This document shows, one piece after another, positions 19,054 through 28,459 of a stretch of 64,000 bases of DNA (position 1 is the stretch's first letter; every line of letters begins with the position of its first letter). The translations under genes were made by a program, and so were the position numbers. Source of the DNA: Spirochaetia bacterium (GTDB lineage Bacteria > Spirochaetota > Spirochaetia > SZUA-6 > Bin103); the NCBI GenBank assembly GCA_965203515.1, contig OZ241907.1, positions 1,792,001 through 1,856,000 on the forward strand, in the 5' to 3' direction. The notes beneath the pieces were generated by a model that made no database searches, was not told the origin of the DNA, and was given only the letters and a program-made list of their open reading frames with translations.

Positions 19054-19911
19054 TTACGCGGTTACGCCGTAGAACGCTTCCGCGTTGGTGCGGAACAGCT
19101 TGACCTCCGTCTCCGGGGTCAGGGGGCCGAGCAGCTCGCGGTGGGTGGCGAGCATGCCGGCATAATCGGTGGTGAGCAGCGCCACCGGCCAGTCGCTGCC
19201 CCAGATCAACCGATCCGGCCCCAGCTCGTCCAGGTAGAAGGCGGTGTACGGGCGCATCGCGTCGATCGGCCAGCCCCGCTTTGGACGGTCCAGGTACTCC
19301 GCAACGCGCGTCACCTGCGGCGACAGCGACAGCTTGCAGAACGCGCCGGTGTCGCGGGCGATGCGCCGCATGGCCCGTTCCCACGCCGGCTCCGGCGCGC
19401 CGTCGAAGTCGGGCTTGCCGTAGTGCTCGATGATGCACTTGAGATCCGGCACTCGCTCGATCGAGGCGGCGATGCCGTCCAGATGGCGCACCAGCGGCAG
19501 GAAGTCGTGGATCAGGCCGCGCCGCGCCAGCTCCCTGAGCCCGTCGATCACCGCCGGTCTGGCGGCGATATCCGGGTCGGGGTGCGCCTCGAAGTTCATG
19601 CGCACGCCGCGAAACTTGGGCAGCTTCTGCCACTCGTCGAGCTTGCGTCCCAGTCCCGGGTCATCCAGGTCGGCGCGCAGTATCAGTCCGCCGACGAAGT
19701 CGTACTCGGCGGCGCAGTCGATGATCGACTGGTTTTCGGCGTCGGTAGCGCCGGCCTCGACGATCACGCAGCGGGTCACGCCGACCGGCCGCGAGGCCGC
19801 CTGATGCTCGACCGGCGTGTAGTCCCGGTAGAGGATGTCCCAGCTCGGGTCGAGCCAGCTATTGGTCTCCCGCCACCAGAAGTGGCAGTGCGTATCGACT
19901 ATGCGGTCCAT
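19054..19911 (-). CDS. Amidohydrolase_2 family protein (sugar lactonase-like)
   Basis: IVDTHCHFW, FRGVR, IIEHYGKP, CKLS and RLIWGSDWPV motifs. Confidence 0.88.
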   Translation of the reverse strand: MDRIVDTHCHFWWRETNSWLDPSWDILYRDYTPVEHQAASRPVGVTRCVIVEAGATDAENQSIIDCAAEYDFVGGLILRADLDDPGLGRKLDEWQKLPKFRGVRMNFEAHPDPDIAARPAVIDGLRELARRGLIHDFLPLVRHLDGIAASIERVPDLKCIIEHYGKPDFDGAPEPAWERAMRRIARDTGAFCKLSLSPQVTRVAEYLDRPKRGWPIDAMRPYTAFYLDELGPDRLIWGSDWPVALLTTDYAGMLATHRELLGPLTPETEVKLFRTNAEAFYGVTA

Positions 19912-19920
19912 GGCGGCAGG

Positions 19921-21444
19921 TTACGCGGCGAACTGGAACGCGTACAGGCGGGCGGCGCGCAGGCGCACGTGGAGCTGCACGGGCCGGCCCGCCAGGTCGG
20001 CCGGCAACCGGTCGCGGCCGCTCCAGCGGACCGCCCCGTCGAGCGCGTCGGCGCGCAACGGCCGGCAGTCGTCGAAGGCGTGGCCGTCGATCGGCTCGCC
20101 GCTCTGCACCGACGCGAGCTGCGCGGTCAGTTCCGCCTCCGGCCCCAGCGCTTCCAGGTTCACCAGCAACCGCGACCCGGAGAACGACAGCGGCCGGGTG
20201 ATGAACTGGCCGCGCTCCGCGCCGGCCTTGATGCCGATGATCCGGTCGCGCTTGAAGGTGACGCGGCTGACGCGGCTCCTGGGCGCGTAGTCGAGCTCGA
20301 TCGGCTTGGAGCCGCCGTGCGGCCCGTCGCCCGATCGGTAGTAGAGCGCCAGCGTGTCGTCGTCGACCGCCACGAAGCCGGGAGCGACCGACACGATGAA
20401 GCAGTCGAACTCGCCGGGCGCGCCCAGCGGGATGAAGGTATCGCGGTTGGCGCGGAACCAGGCGCGGTTGTCGCGGCTGGTGCAGACCTGCACCTCGAAC
20501 GTCCCCTCGTAGTGTCGGTAGAAGGACGGGAACATGAAGTGCAGGTTGGGCGAGTACGGATAGCGCGCGTAGGCGCTGTTGTAGATGTCGGTGTCGAGGG
20601 TGTCGTGGAAGTCGGCGGCCAGCGCGATGCCGGTGCTCTCCCAGTTGCGGTAGTCGACCGACTCCAGGCGGCCCACGGCGCGCCCGCGCCGCTCGCCGCG
20701 GACGCTCACGCTGCCGGCGTGCAGGGCCCTGTGCTCGGCGGTGGTCCGGTGGTAGGCGACGTAGCGTCCCAGGGTGTGGTCCCAGCAGGCGCTGTTCTGC
20801 GAGTCGCAGTACTTGCCCAGGAAGTTGTCGTAGTAGCGGGTCCAGCGCAGGCCGTCCGGCGACGCCGCGCCGCGCAGCATGCCCACGTTATGGGTGAACG
20901 GCAGCTCGGCGATCTCCGGCCCCCACCAGTCGGTGTAGATCAGCTTGTAGCGCTCCCCGTCCAGGGCGTTCGGGTCGATGAAGACGTTGCCCGATTCGGG
21001 CGACACGCCGGCCAGCCCGCCGTCGAACACCACGTTGTTGCGCGTGGAGCCGGCCACCTCGACCAGACCCAGCTCGCGGCGCGTGAACTCCAGGCCGTCG
21101 CCCGATTCCGCGTAGCTCAGGAACAGGCCGCTGCGGGCCTCCGGATGGTAGGAGTTGTACCACATGCGGTAGCGGCCATCGTCATTGAGGACCGTCAGCC
21201 AGGCGGACCCCTCCTCCCAGGGCCGCTGCCCCTCGAACAGCGCCGCGCCGTGCTTGTCGACCGTGCCGAGCGTCCAGGAGATGCCGCGCGGGTACTGCTC
21301 GTGGCCGCGGCCCATCGCCAGGAAGAAATCGTCGACCAGGAGCTGGCGGTCGGCGCCGACGTCGACCGGCTGCACGCGGCGCGGGTCGACGTGCGTGTTG
21401 ACCGCCAGGTTGAAGTTGTCCATGTCGTGGGAGATGACTGCCAT
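19921..21444 (-). CDS. Uncharacterised beta-propeller glycoside-hydrolase-like protein (paralog 1)
   Basis: QLLVDD, PWE, YAESGDG…LGLVE…NN, SPDGLRW, DSQN, SRD and C-terminal RLYAFQF motifs. Confidence 0.75.
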   Translation of the reverse strand: MAVISHDMDNFNLAVNTHVDPRRVQPVDVGADRQLLVDDFFLAMGRGHEQYPRGISWTLGTVDKHGAALFEGQRPWEEGSAWLTVLNDDGRYRMWYNSYHPEARSGLFLSYAESGDGLEFTRRELGLVEVAGSTRNNVVFDGGLAGVSPESGNVFIDPNALDGERYKLIYTDWWGPEIAELPFTHNVGMLRGAASPDGLRWTRYYDNFLGKYCDSQNSACWDHTLGRYVAYHRTTAEHRALHAGSVSVRGERRGRAVGRLESVDYRNWESTGIALAADFHDTLDTDIYNSAYARYPYSPNLHFMFPSFYRHYEGTFEVQVCTSRDNRAWFRANRDTFIPLGAPGEFDCFIVSVAPGFVAVDDDTLALYYRSGDGPHGGSKPIELDYAPRSRVSRVTFKRDRIIGIKAGAERGQFITRPLSFSGSRLLVNLEALGPEAELTAQLASVQSGEPIDGHAFDDCRPLRADALDGAVRWSGRDRLPADLAGRPVQLHVRLRAARLYAFQFAA

Positions 21445-21531
21445 GCCCGACAGTATAGCCGCCGGCAGCATAGCCGGCCGGCAGCGGCCCGCGGCGGCGC
21501 ACGGCGCGCGGCGCGGGTTATACTAAGGCCC

Positions 21532-22362
21532 ATGCGTACCCATGATTGCGAACCGACGTTGACCGACACGCAGGTCCTGGAGTTCTGCAAGACCGGCTAC
21601 CACATGATCGAAGCCGCCGTCCCGGCCGAGATCAACGAGCGCGTGGTCGCCGCCATGACCGAGCGGTTCGAGCGCGGCGGGCGGCAGATGCATTCCTTCA
21701 CGCAGCAGGAATGGTTCGTCGAGTCGGTGCTGGCCAACCCGGCGGCGGCGGGCGTGGCCCGGTCGCTGCTGGGCGCCAACTTCTCGCTGCCGAACTGGGC
21801 CACCTGGTTCCGGGAGGAGAGCCCCGTGCCGGCCAACCAGTGGCACATCGACGGCGGCTCGATGTTCGACGGCCGGCTCGACACCCTCAAGTGGTTCTAC
21901 TACCCGACCGCCTGTCCGGAGGAGATGGGGCCGACCGAGTTCGTCGCCGGCTCGCACCACGTCACCAATCAGGTGCGGTTCATGGCGCACTACGACGCGA
22001 TCCGCGGCATCTGGAAGTCGACTGCGCCGGCCGGGTCGATCTACTTCACCGCGTACCCGATGTGGCATCGGCGCGCCAGGTCGACCGCGGCCGGGATGCG
22101 CTACATGCTGACCGGCACCTATCACCGCACCGCGCCGCCGACCCGCGACTGGCTCCGCGAGCCGGACTTCGATTTCGCCACGGCGAACTACTGGCTGGAA
22201 GAACCGCGCTTCGGCGAGCAGTACCGCAGCTCGCGCGATGCCGCCCGCCTGTTCATGTGGCTGTGCGGTCTTGGCGACAAGTTCGCCGTGCGCGAGGGGC
22301 CGACCTGGCCGATGCCGGTCGAGGTTGCCGGCCGCCCCTTCGGCGTCCCGGCCGGCGTGTAG
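21532..22362 (+). CDS. Phytanoyl-CoA dioxygenase (PhyH) family Fe/2OG oxygenase
   Basis: LTDTQVLEFCKTGY, WHIDGG (HxD), GPTEFVAGSH and distal WHRR. Confidence 0.85.
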   Translation: MRTHDCEPTLTDTQVLEFCKTGYHMIEAAVPAEINERVVAAMTERFERGGRQMHSFTQQEWFVESVLANPAAAGVARSLLGANFSLPNWATWFREESPVPANQWHIDGGSMFDGRLDTLKWFYYPTACPEEMGPTEFVAGSHHVTNQVRFMAHYDAIRGIWKSTAPAGSIYFTAYPMWHRRARSTAAGMRYMLTGTYHRTAPPTRDWLREPDFDFATANYWLEEPRFGEQYRSSRDAARLFMWLCGLGDKFAVREGPTWPMPVEVAGRPFGVPAGV

Positions 22363-22376
22363 GCGGGGGCATCCGC

Positions 22377-23846
22377 GTGATCACCGTCAGGAACGGCAGC
22401 ACCAACGGACCGGTCGGCGAGGCGGTCCTGTTTGCATTCGACGACCACAGCCTCCCCTTCACCACCGGTCTCAAGCTCGACCTGGTACCGGGCAAGGAGC
22501 CGGGCAGCGCCAACCCGATCGTGGTGAGCCGCGGGCCGCAGGGCGCCCCGGACGACGTCGCCGTGCGCTACTACGGCGCGGTGGCCAAGGTCGATGGCGA
22601 GTTGCGGATGTGGTACGAGAGCATCGGTTCGCTGGACGGGACCGGCGGCCGGCGGGTCTGCTACGCGGTCAGCCGCGACGGCGTGCATTGGGAGAAGCCG
22701 TCGCTCGGTCTGGTCGAGTACGGCGGCAGCCGCGACAACAACATCGTCGATCTGTTCGGGGGAGCGCCGGTCATCAGCGCGGCGCCGGTGATCCACGACC
22801 CGGACGATCCGCACCCGGGCCGGCGCTTCAAGATGTGCATCGAGAGCGGGCGCTACGGCAACCGGCTGGCGGTCGCCTTCAGCGCCGACGGGCTGCGCTG
22901 GGAGGCGCCGGACCGCAACCCGGTCGGGCCGCCGCTGGAGATGGCCGGTCTGCTCAAGTGGGGCGGCTGCTACTACGTGAACGGACAGGACGAGTTCGGC
23001 TGGCACGGCTCTCAGTGGGGCCGCGCCCGCAAGCTGGTGACCTTCGCGTCCGGCGACTTCGAGCACTGGACGCAGGCGCCGGCGCTCGGATTCCGGCGCG
23101 ACGGCCTGCCGCCGCGGCGGGTGATGCACGACTGGAACACCGCCGAGGAGGTGCACCTGGGCACCTGCTGCTGGGATCGGGGCAACGTCATCGTCGGGGT
23201 GTACGGCATGTGGCACGGCACGCCGTCCGGCAGCCGCCGCTTCATCACCATGGATCTCGGGCTGCTGGTGAGCCAGGACGCGCTGCACTACCGCGAACCG
23301 GTGCCGGACTACCGGTTCATTCCGGCGCTGGAGGAGCCCGGCCTGCCGGCCGGCAGCTCGCCGGCGCTGATGCAGGGCCAGGGCATGCTCAACCACGGCG
23401 ACCGCACGCTGTTCTGGTACGAGCTGTGGGCCGGCAGCGACGTTCGTCTGGCGAGCTGGGAGCGCGACCGGCTCGGCTTCCTGCAGGTCTTCCGGGAGAA
23501 GCAGCTCGTCGACCTGCCGGCCCCGCACGCGCTGAGCTGCGCGATCGAGCCGTCCGGCGACACCGCGCTGAGCCTCAACGTGAGCGGCCTGGGACCGCAC
23601 GCGCAGGTCGCCGTGGAGCTGACCGACGAGCGGTTCCGGCCGATCGCCGGCTACTCGGGCAGCGGCGCCGCCGTCATCGACCGCGACGGCCTGGACGTGC
23701 CGGTGACCTGGGGCGGCGGTGCGACCGTCCCGGCCGGGCTCGGCGCCTACCGGGTCAAGCTCGACTTCCGCGGCATCCGCGCCGAGGACGCGCGCCTCTT
23801 CGCGGTCTACGCGCGCGGCGCCGCGGACGCGCAGGAGACGCGGTGA
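22377..23846 (+). CDS. Uncharacterised beta-propeller glycoside-hydrolase-like protein (paralog 2)
   Basis: GTG start. LFAFDD, NPIV, CYAVSRDGVHWEKPSLGLVEYGGSRDNN, RRFKM, SADGLRW and ERDRLG motifs. Confidence 0.75.
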   Translation: MITVRNGSTNGPVGEAVLFAFDDHSLPFTTGLKLDLVPGKEPGSANPIVVSRGPQGAPDDVAVRYYGAVAKVDGELRMWYESIGSLDGTGGRRVCYAVSRDGVHWEKPSLGLVEYGGSRDNNIVDLFGGAPVISAAPVIHDPDDPHPGRRFKMCIESGRYGNRLAVAFSADGLRWEAPDRNPVGPPLEMAGLLKWGGCYYVNGQDEFGWHGSQWGRARKLVTFASGDFEHWTQAPALGFRRDGLPPRRVMHDWNTAEEVHLGTCCWDRGNVIVGVYGMWHGTPSGSRRFITMDLGLLVSQDALHYREPVPDYRFIPALEEPGLPAGSSPALMQGQGMLNHGDRTLFWYELWAGSDVRLASWERDRLGFLQVFREKQLVDLPAPHALSCAIEPSGDTALSLNVSGLGPHAQVAVELTDERFRPIAGYSGSGAAVIDRDGLDVPVTWGGGATVPAGLGAYRVKLDFRGIRAEDARLFAVYARGAADAQETR

Positions 23847-23970
23847 AGCGACCGGATCGGTCGAGCGAGCGCGGCTCCTACGAAGCGGCCGGCCGCGGTC
23901 TCCACGGCGTCGAAGCCCTCCTCGAATGTCGCCATACGCCGGCCCAATCTGCCGGTTCGGAGCAACGCCG

Positions 23971-25317
23971 TCAATCCGGCGCCGCCGTCTGCTCCTGCAC
24001 CTGCCAGAGGCTGAGGCTGAGCGACGGCGGCACGCGGACGTTGTCGAAGGTGATCGGCTCGTCCTCGGCGATGTCGGCGGCGGCGACCGCGCCGTGGGTG
24101 AGCGCCATCGGCACCAGGCGGCCGGCGCGCGCCGCCGCGCGCCGCTCGGCCAGTCCGTACACGGTGTAGCCGCCCTCGCCGTCCAGGGTCTCGCCGGCCC
24201 GCAACGGCCGCTTGGCGGCCGCCACCACCTCTGCGGCGCGGTGCGTGGGGGCGCCGACGTCGTCGCCCAGCACCGCCATCCGCGCCAGGCCGATCGGCAT
24301 TTCGTGCCCGATGAAGTGCTGCGGCCGGTAGATCATCGCGTAGCCGGAGCGCTTGCCGATGATCATGCCGGTGATGTCGCCGTAGGAGGCGAGCGATGCG
24401 TTGATCTGCGGGGTCGGTCCGTCGATCACGGCGAACAATCCGCCGCGGAGGGAGCGCTCCACGAAGGTGTCGTCGGGATGGATGGCGCTCACCGCCTCGA
24501 CCACACCCTCGCGGTTCAGTATCCCGCCCCGATCCTTCGCGGCCAGCACGTCGGGGATGTCGCGCAGGTCGGCGGTGGGGAAGTGCAGCCCGCGCACGTC
24601 GGGCGGCAGCCCGGTCACGTTTGCCAGCGCCACCACCTCGATCGCGTGCTTGGTGCCGTCCAGGAACGATCCGAACATCTGCGCGTTGTAGTCCGTGCCG
24701 CTGAAGCCGTAGACCCGCGGCACGTCGTCCGGATCGAGCTTGCGAAAGCTCGGCGTGAAGCGCGTGCCCTTGCCGGCGGCCACCAGCCGGAAGCCGAGCG
24801 TCCGCGCCCAGTCGCAGAGCTCCGCGGCCAGCGCCGGCTCGTCGCCGTAGGCCAGGCTGTAGATCACGCCGGCGGCTTCGGCGAGCTTGCGCAGATGGCA
24901 GCCGACCAGCACGTCGGCTTCGACCGTGACCATGGCCACGTGCTTGCGGGCCAGGATGGCGCGGTAGGCGTGCCGGACCCCCGCTTCGACCAGCCCGGTC
25001 GCCTCCACGACGATGTCGACGGGGCTGTCGATCAACGCGCCGGCGTCGGCGGTGACCACCGGCGTACCGGCGGCGACCGCCTCCGCGACCTGATCGGCGG
25101 AGCCGGCGCGCAGCGGCGGGCCGGCCGAAGCGTCCGCTCCCGCACCGATCGCCGCGGCGGCGGCATCGACGCGCAGGTCGGCGATCGCCGCCAGCCGCAT
25201 GCCGGGCACGTGGCGTATCTGGCCGGCGATCTGGGCGCCGAAGGTGCCGACGCCGATCAGACCGATCCTGACCGGCGTTCCCGCGCGCTCGCGTTCGACC
25301 ATACGCTCGTACAGCAT
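23971..25317 (-). CDS. NAD(P)-dependent oxidoreductase with C-terminal SAF domain (homoserine-dehydrogenase-like)
   Basis: IGLIGVGTFG, VVEATG, GDEPA, FLDGTK and AKRPLRAGETLDGEGGYTVYG motifs. Confidence 0.88.
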   Translation of the reverse strand: MLYERMVERERAGTPVRIGLIGVGTFGAQIAGQIRHVPGMRLAAIADLRVDAAAAAIGAGADASAGPPLRAGSADQVAEAVAAGTPVVTADAGALIDSPVDIVVEATGLVEAGVRHAYRAILARKHVAMVTVEADVLVGCHLRKLAEAAGVIYSLAYGDEPALAAELCDWARTLGFRLVAAGKGTRFTPSFRKLDPDDVPRVYGFSGTDYNAQMFGSFLDGTKHAIEVVALANVTGLPPDVRGLHFPTADLRDIPDVLAAKDRGGILNREGVVEAVSAIHPDDTFVERSLRGGLFAVIDGPTPQINASLASYGDITGMIIGKRSGYAMIYRPQHFIGHEMPIGLARMAVLGDDVGAPTHRAAEVVAAAKRPLRAGETLDGEGGYTVYGLAERRAAARAGRLVPMALTHGAVAAADIAEDEPITFDNVRVPPSLSLSLWQVQEQTAAPD

Positions 25318-25355
25318 GGCGGCGAGGGTACTGTACGCCCCGCACCGCTGCCCAC

Positions 25356-26570
25356 TTACGTCGAGCCGTCCGGTACCTGCCGGCGGATGAAACGGCCCAG
25401 CAACGGGACGGCGAACGAGTATCGGCCGTGGCGATTCTTGTACACCAGGCCCTGGGTAGCGAGCGCGGCGAGCATCTGGTTGACGTGGCTGCTGCCGAAC
25501 GGCTTCTCCTTGCCTCGCCGCGATTCCTGTACGACCTCCTGGACCGTGAACTCCTCGTCGCAGTGTTCCAGCCGCGCTATCGCGAACAGCAGAGCCCGTT
25601 GCCGGTCGGTCGCGCGCGCCCAGCGGCCGGCGAAGAAGTCGGTGTCGAGCTTCCGCACGATTTCGGCCGCGGGAACGGCGCCCTGTCGGCCCCGGTCGAC
25701 TCTCTGCATGAACGCGTCGTATACCTCCCGGCAGATGAATTGGATGAAATAGGGATAACCGCCTGACAGGTCGACGATCCTGGCTACCGAGCGGTCGCTG
25801 AGACGAACCGGACAGTCGGTATCGGCTATCGGTCGGCGAATCGCTTCCTCGCTTTCGGTTCTGTTCAGCCGGTTCAGGAACACGACTCTGAACATCCGTT
25901 CGGCGAACGTCCGCGCCTCCACCAGCTTGGGGAACAGCGTCGGAAGACCGGTCAGGACCAGCATCAGCGGAAGTCCCTTGCGCTGGAGCGACTGGAAGGC
26001 GTCGAGCAACAGCGACAGCGGATATTGATCTCTTGCCGACCGATCGGTGAGGTTCTGCGCCTCGTCATAGGCAAAGATGATGCCGCGTACGTCTCGTTCC
26101 TTCGACAGCGCGCTCCATGCCGTCTCGAGCACCGCCTTGATCTTGTCGAGGGAGAGGCCGGGAGTCCGACGATAGTGATCGACCAAGGCGTCATAGCCGA
26201 GCGTATATACGATCTCCTCCGGTTCGGCCGATAATCCCGGCCTGCGCACGTGCCCGACGGCCATGACCAGATCCGCGGTCAGCGGAGCCAGATCGGTGCA
26301 GAGCCGGATCGCCATGCTCTCCTCGCCGATGCTGGTCGACTCCGACACGTCGGTGCCGACCCACGCCCACCCGTCGCGTATCGCCATCGGTTTGAGCGAG
26401 TCGAGCAGCACCGTCTTGCCCGCTCCGCGAAGTCCGGTCAGCACCAGATTCTCCAGAATCGTGCGCTGCCCGAGCAGCCGCAGGAACTCGTCGCGCTCGG
26501 CTTGCCTGCCAGCCAGGTAGGGCGGCGGGTGGCCCGCGCCCGGGCGGAACGGGTTGGTGAACTCGGCCAT
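25356..26570 (-). CDS. AAA-family ATP-binding protein with probable C-terminal winged helix
   Basis: NPFRPGAGHPPPYLAGR, GLRGAGKT, YDEAQ, FAERMF, GGYPYFIQ and C-terminal GLVY…G-YSFAVPL motifs. GGAGG SD upstream. Confidence 0.88.
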   Translation of the reverse strand: MAEFTNPFRPGAGHPPPYLAGRQAERDEFLRLLGQRTILENLVLTGLRGAGKTVLLDSLKPMAIRDGWAWVGTDVSESTSIGEESMAIRLCTDLAPLTADLVMAVGHVRRPGLSAEPEEIVYTLGYDALVDHYRRTPGLSLDKIKAVLETAWSALSKERDVRGIIFAYDEAQNLTDRSARDQYPLSLLLDAFQSLQRKGLPLMLVLTGLPTLFPKLVEARTFAERMFRVVFLNRLNRTESEEAIRRPIADTDCPVRLSDRSVARIVDLSGGYPYFIQFICREVYDAFMQRVDRGRQGAVPAAEIVRKLDTDFFAGRWARATDRQRALLFAIARLEHCDEEFTVQEVVQESRRGKEKPFGSSHVNQMLAALATQGLVYKNRHGRYSFAVPLLGRFIRRQVPDGST

Positions 26571-26603
26571 GGCGATGTCAACCTCCGTCAAGTCGACCGC
26601 ATA

Positions 26604-26633
26604 AGTTTACACGATCGTCTTAATTTAGGTCAA
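26604..26633 (-). promoter_or_regulatory. Putative sigma70 promoter of the AAA ATPase gene
   Basis: Minus strand reads TTGACC-18 nt-TAAACT in an AT-rich gap. Confidence 0.55.
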
Positions 26634-26661
26634 GCGACTCAGCCGAGGGGGCGCAGGAGGC

Positions 26662-27285
26662 TCAGGCGGGTCGACTCGGTCTCCAGATTCCCTTCGCAAC
26701 CAGTTCGCGGAGGGCGGCGAGCGTACGCCTGAGGCTGGGAGAGCGTTGCGCCGCGCGTTCGGGATCCCAGGTTCGGCGGGCGAACGATACGATCCGACTC
26801 GTATACTCTGGGCCTACCTTCCGGCCGCTGCCGGACCGCGGCACCATCGCCTCGCGGGTCGCGCGCTGTCCGGAGCGTCGACATGCCTCGACCAGGCCAT
26901 GCTTGGGGTCGTCCAGATCGTCCGGGCGGTCAGGCAGACGTCGTTCGGCGATTCTGAACTCGCCGGCGAAGCCCTCTGCGTCGGCAAGCATCCAGCTCTC
27001 CATGGCTCGGACCGGCACCCGCAGGAGCACCCTTGGCGCGAGTCGGTTCCCGGCGAGCAGGCGCCCGATCAGCGCCGATGCGCACGGCGCGTCATGGTCC
27101 AGGTCGCGCAGAATCAGCCAGTTGATGGAAGCGCCCGATCGATTCATCTCGGGAATCCGAGGATCGAGCCGGGACTTGCCTCCGGCTATGCGGGTCGGCC
27201 GGGGATCGAGGCCTGCGAAACGGATCATCCGCTCTGCGACCGGTACGTCCGTCTCGCCTTCGACGGCGAAGTACACGGCCGTCAT
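26662..27285 (-). CDS. DUF4276-like TOPRIM-fold protein
   Basis: AVEGETD, RDLD (DxD), ESWMLAD, DPK and RSPSL motifs. Coupled to the upstream ATPase by an ATGA overlap. Confidence 0.75.
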   Translation of the reverse strand: MTAVYFAVEGETDVPVAERMIRFAGLDPRPTRIAGGKSRLDPRIPEMNRSGASINWLILRDLDHDAPCASALIGRLLAGNRLAPRVLLRVPVRAMESWMLADAEGFAGEFRIAERRLPDRPDDLDDPKHGLVEACRRSGQRATREAMVPRSGSGRKVGPEYTSRIVSFARRTWDPERAAQRSPSLRRTLAALRELVAKGIWRPSRPA

Positions 27286-28445
27286 ACGTGCGCGAGCCGA
27301 TCCGGCAGGTCCCGAACCGCTGGCGGTTCGGTCATCGGAGACAGAATGTCGGCGAGGCTCATGCCGGCGTCGAGCAATTCCTGGATGTCCGGGATGGAGC
27401 CGGCCGCAAACGCCTCCGTGCCGTCCAACGCAGGGCGCAGGAGCACGACCTCATCCTTGCCGAGCCCCTGATCCTCCAGCACGTCGGTAGAGTGCGTCGT
27501 CAACAGGACCTGCGGACCTCCCGTGGTACGAATCCGATGCAGGATGGTCGGGATCTGTCGGACTACCGACGAATGCAGCGACAACTCCGGCTCCTCCAGT
27601 AACACCGGCCCCTCGTCCCGCTGCCCTTCCAGCAGAGACCAGAGCAAGCCGATCAATCGCAGCGTGCCGTCCGAGAAATCTCGCTCGTTCTGTCTGGCCG
27701 GCCGGGGCCGCCAATGCTCGTACCGCGCCTGCAGATGCCAGTGACCGATCTCGTCCTGATTCAGGTCGAGCTGGTCCAACTGCGGCACCGCCGCCTTCAG
27801 AGCTTGGCCGATCCGGCGAAGGTTTCGCGTGCGCTTCCTTACCGTGGTCCGGGCCACCCTCAGTAGAAAATCGGCGCCGTACGGATCGTCGCTTCGGTCT
27901 CCCCCGCGGTCCGGCTCCCGGATCAGATGCGGCACCAGGTGGAGATAGCGGATCGAGCCCAGGAAATCGACTATCGCCCGGAACTCGCGGTTGGCATTGA
28001 CCTGCTCCAAATGGGTCTGTGTCATCCGCTCCGGGTCCGCTTCGTCGTCCGGGTCCGGCCGTTCGAGAATCATCTTGCCATCTCGCGCGACGACCTCGCT
28101 CTTGAGGATCGGGCGATGGCGGCCGCGCGGTTCGGCGGTGAATGTCACGTGGTACGACCACGCGGCGGGTCGGCGGTCGTCGCCGATTCCGACCTCCAGG
28201 GTGACGTGTCCGTGGTTGAAGTTCCGGGCGGCCAGACAGCGGATGCGCGGTATGCCGCCCCGGTTGGTCACCGCGTCCTGAAAGCCGCCGCCGGGGGACG
28301 CGACCTGCCGCAGGAACCGCAGGGCATCCAGGAGGTTCGATTTGCCTGATGCGTTGGCGCCGATCACGAACATCCGGTCGCGGAGATCGAAGTCCGCCAG
28401 CTTGAAGTTGCGCCAGTTCTTCAGCGTCAGATGGGTGAGGCGCAT
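27282..28445 (-). CDS. ABC-type AAA_21 ATPase
   Basis: MRLTHLTLKNWRNF, GANASGKSN, FSDGTLR, LLEEPELSLH and TTHS motifs. Confidence 0.9.
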   Translation of the reverse strand: MRLTHLTLKNWRNFKLADFDLRDRMFVIGANASGKSNLLDALRFLRQVASPGGGFQDAVTNRGGIPRIRCLAARNFNHGHVTLEVGIGDDRRPAAWSYHVTFTAEPRGRHRPILKSEVVARDGKMILERPDPDDEADPERMTQTHLEQVNANREFRAIVDFLGSIRYLHLVPHLIREPDRGGDRSDDPYGADFLLRVARTTVRKRTRNLRRIGQALKAAVPQLDQLDLNQDEIGHWHLQARYEHWRPRPARQNERDFSDGTLRLIGLLWSLLEGQRDEGPVLLEEPELSLHSSVVRQIPTILHRIRTTGGPQVLLTTHSTDVLEDQGLGKDEVVLLRPALDGTEAFAAGSIPDIQELLDAGMSLADILSPMTEPPAVRDLPDRLAHV

Positions 28446-28459
28446 CGCCGCGGGCCGGT

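Noticed and set aside
19009..21531. 1117-aa ORF 19009..22362 and similar long Arg/Ala/Pro-rich ORFs (e.g. 43589..47104, 12165..14585, 34045..36621)
   Set aside because: They are shadow ORFs opposite or overlapping genes with clear family motifs.
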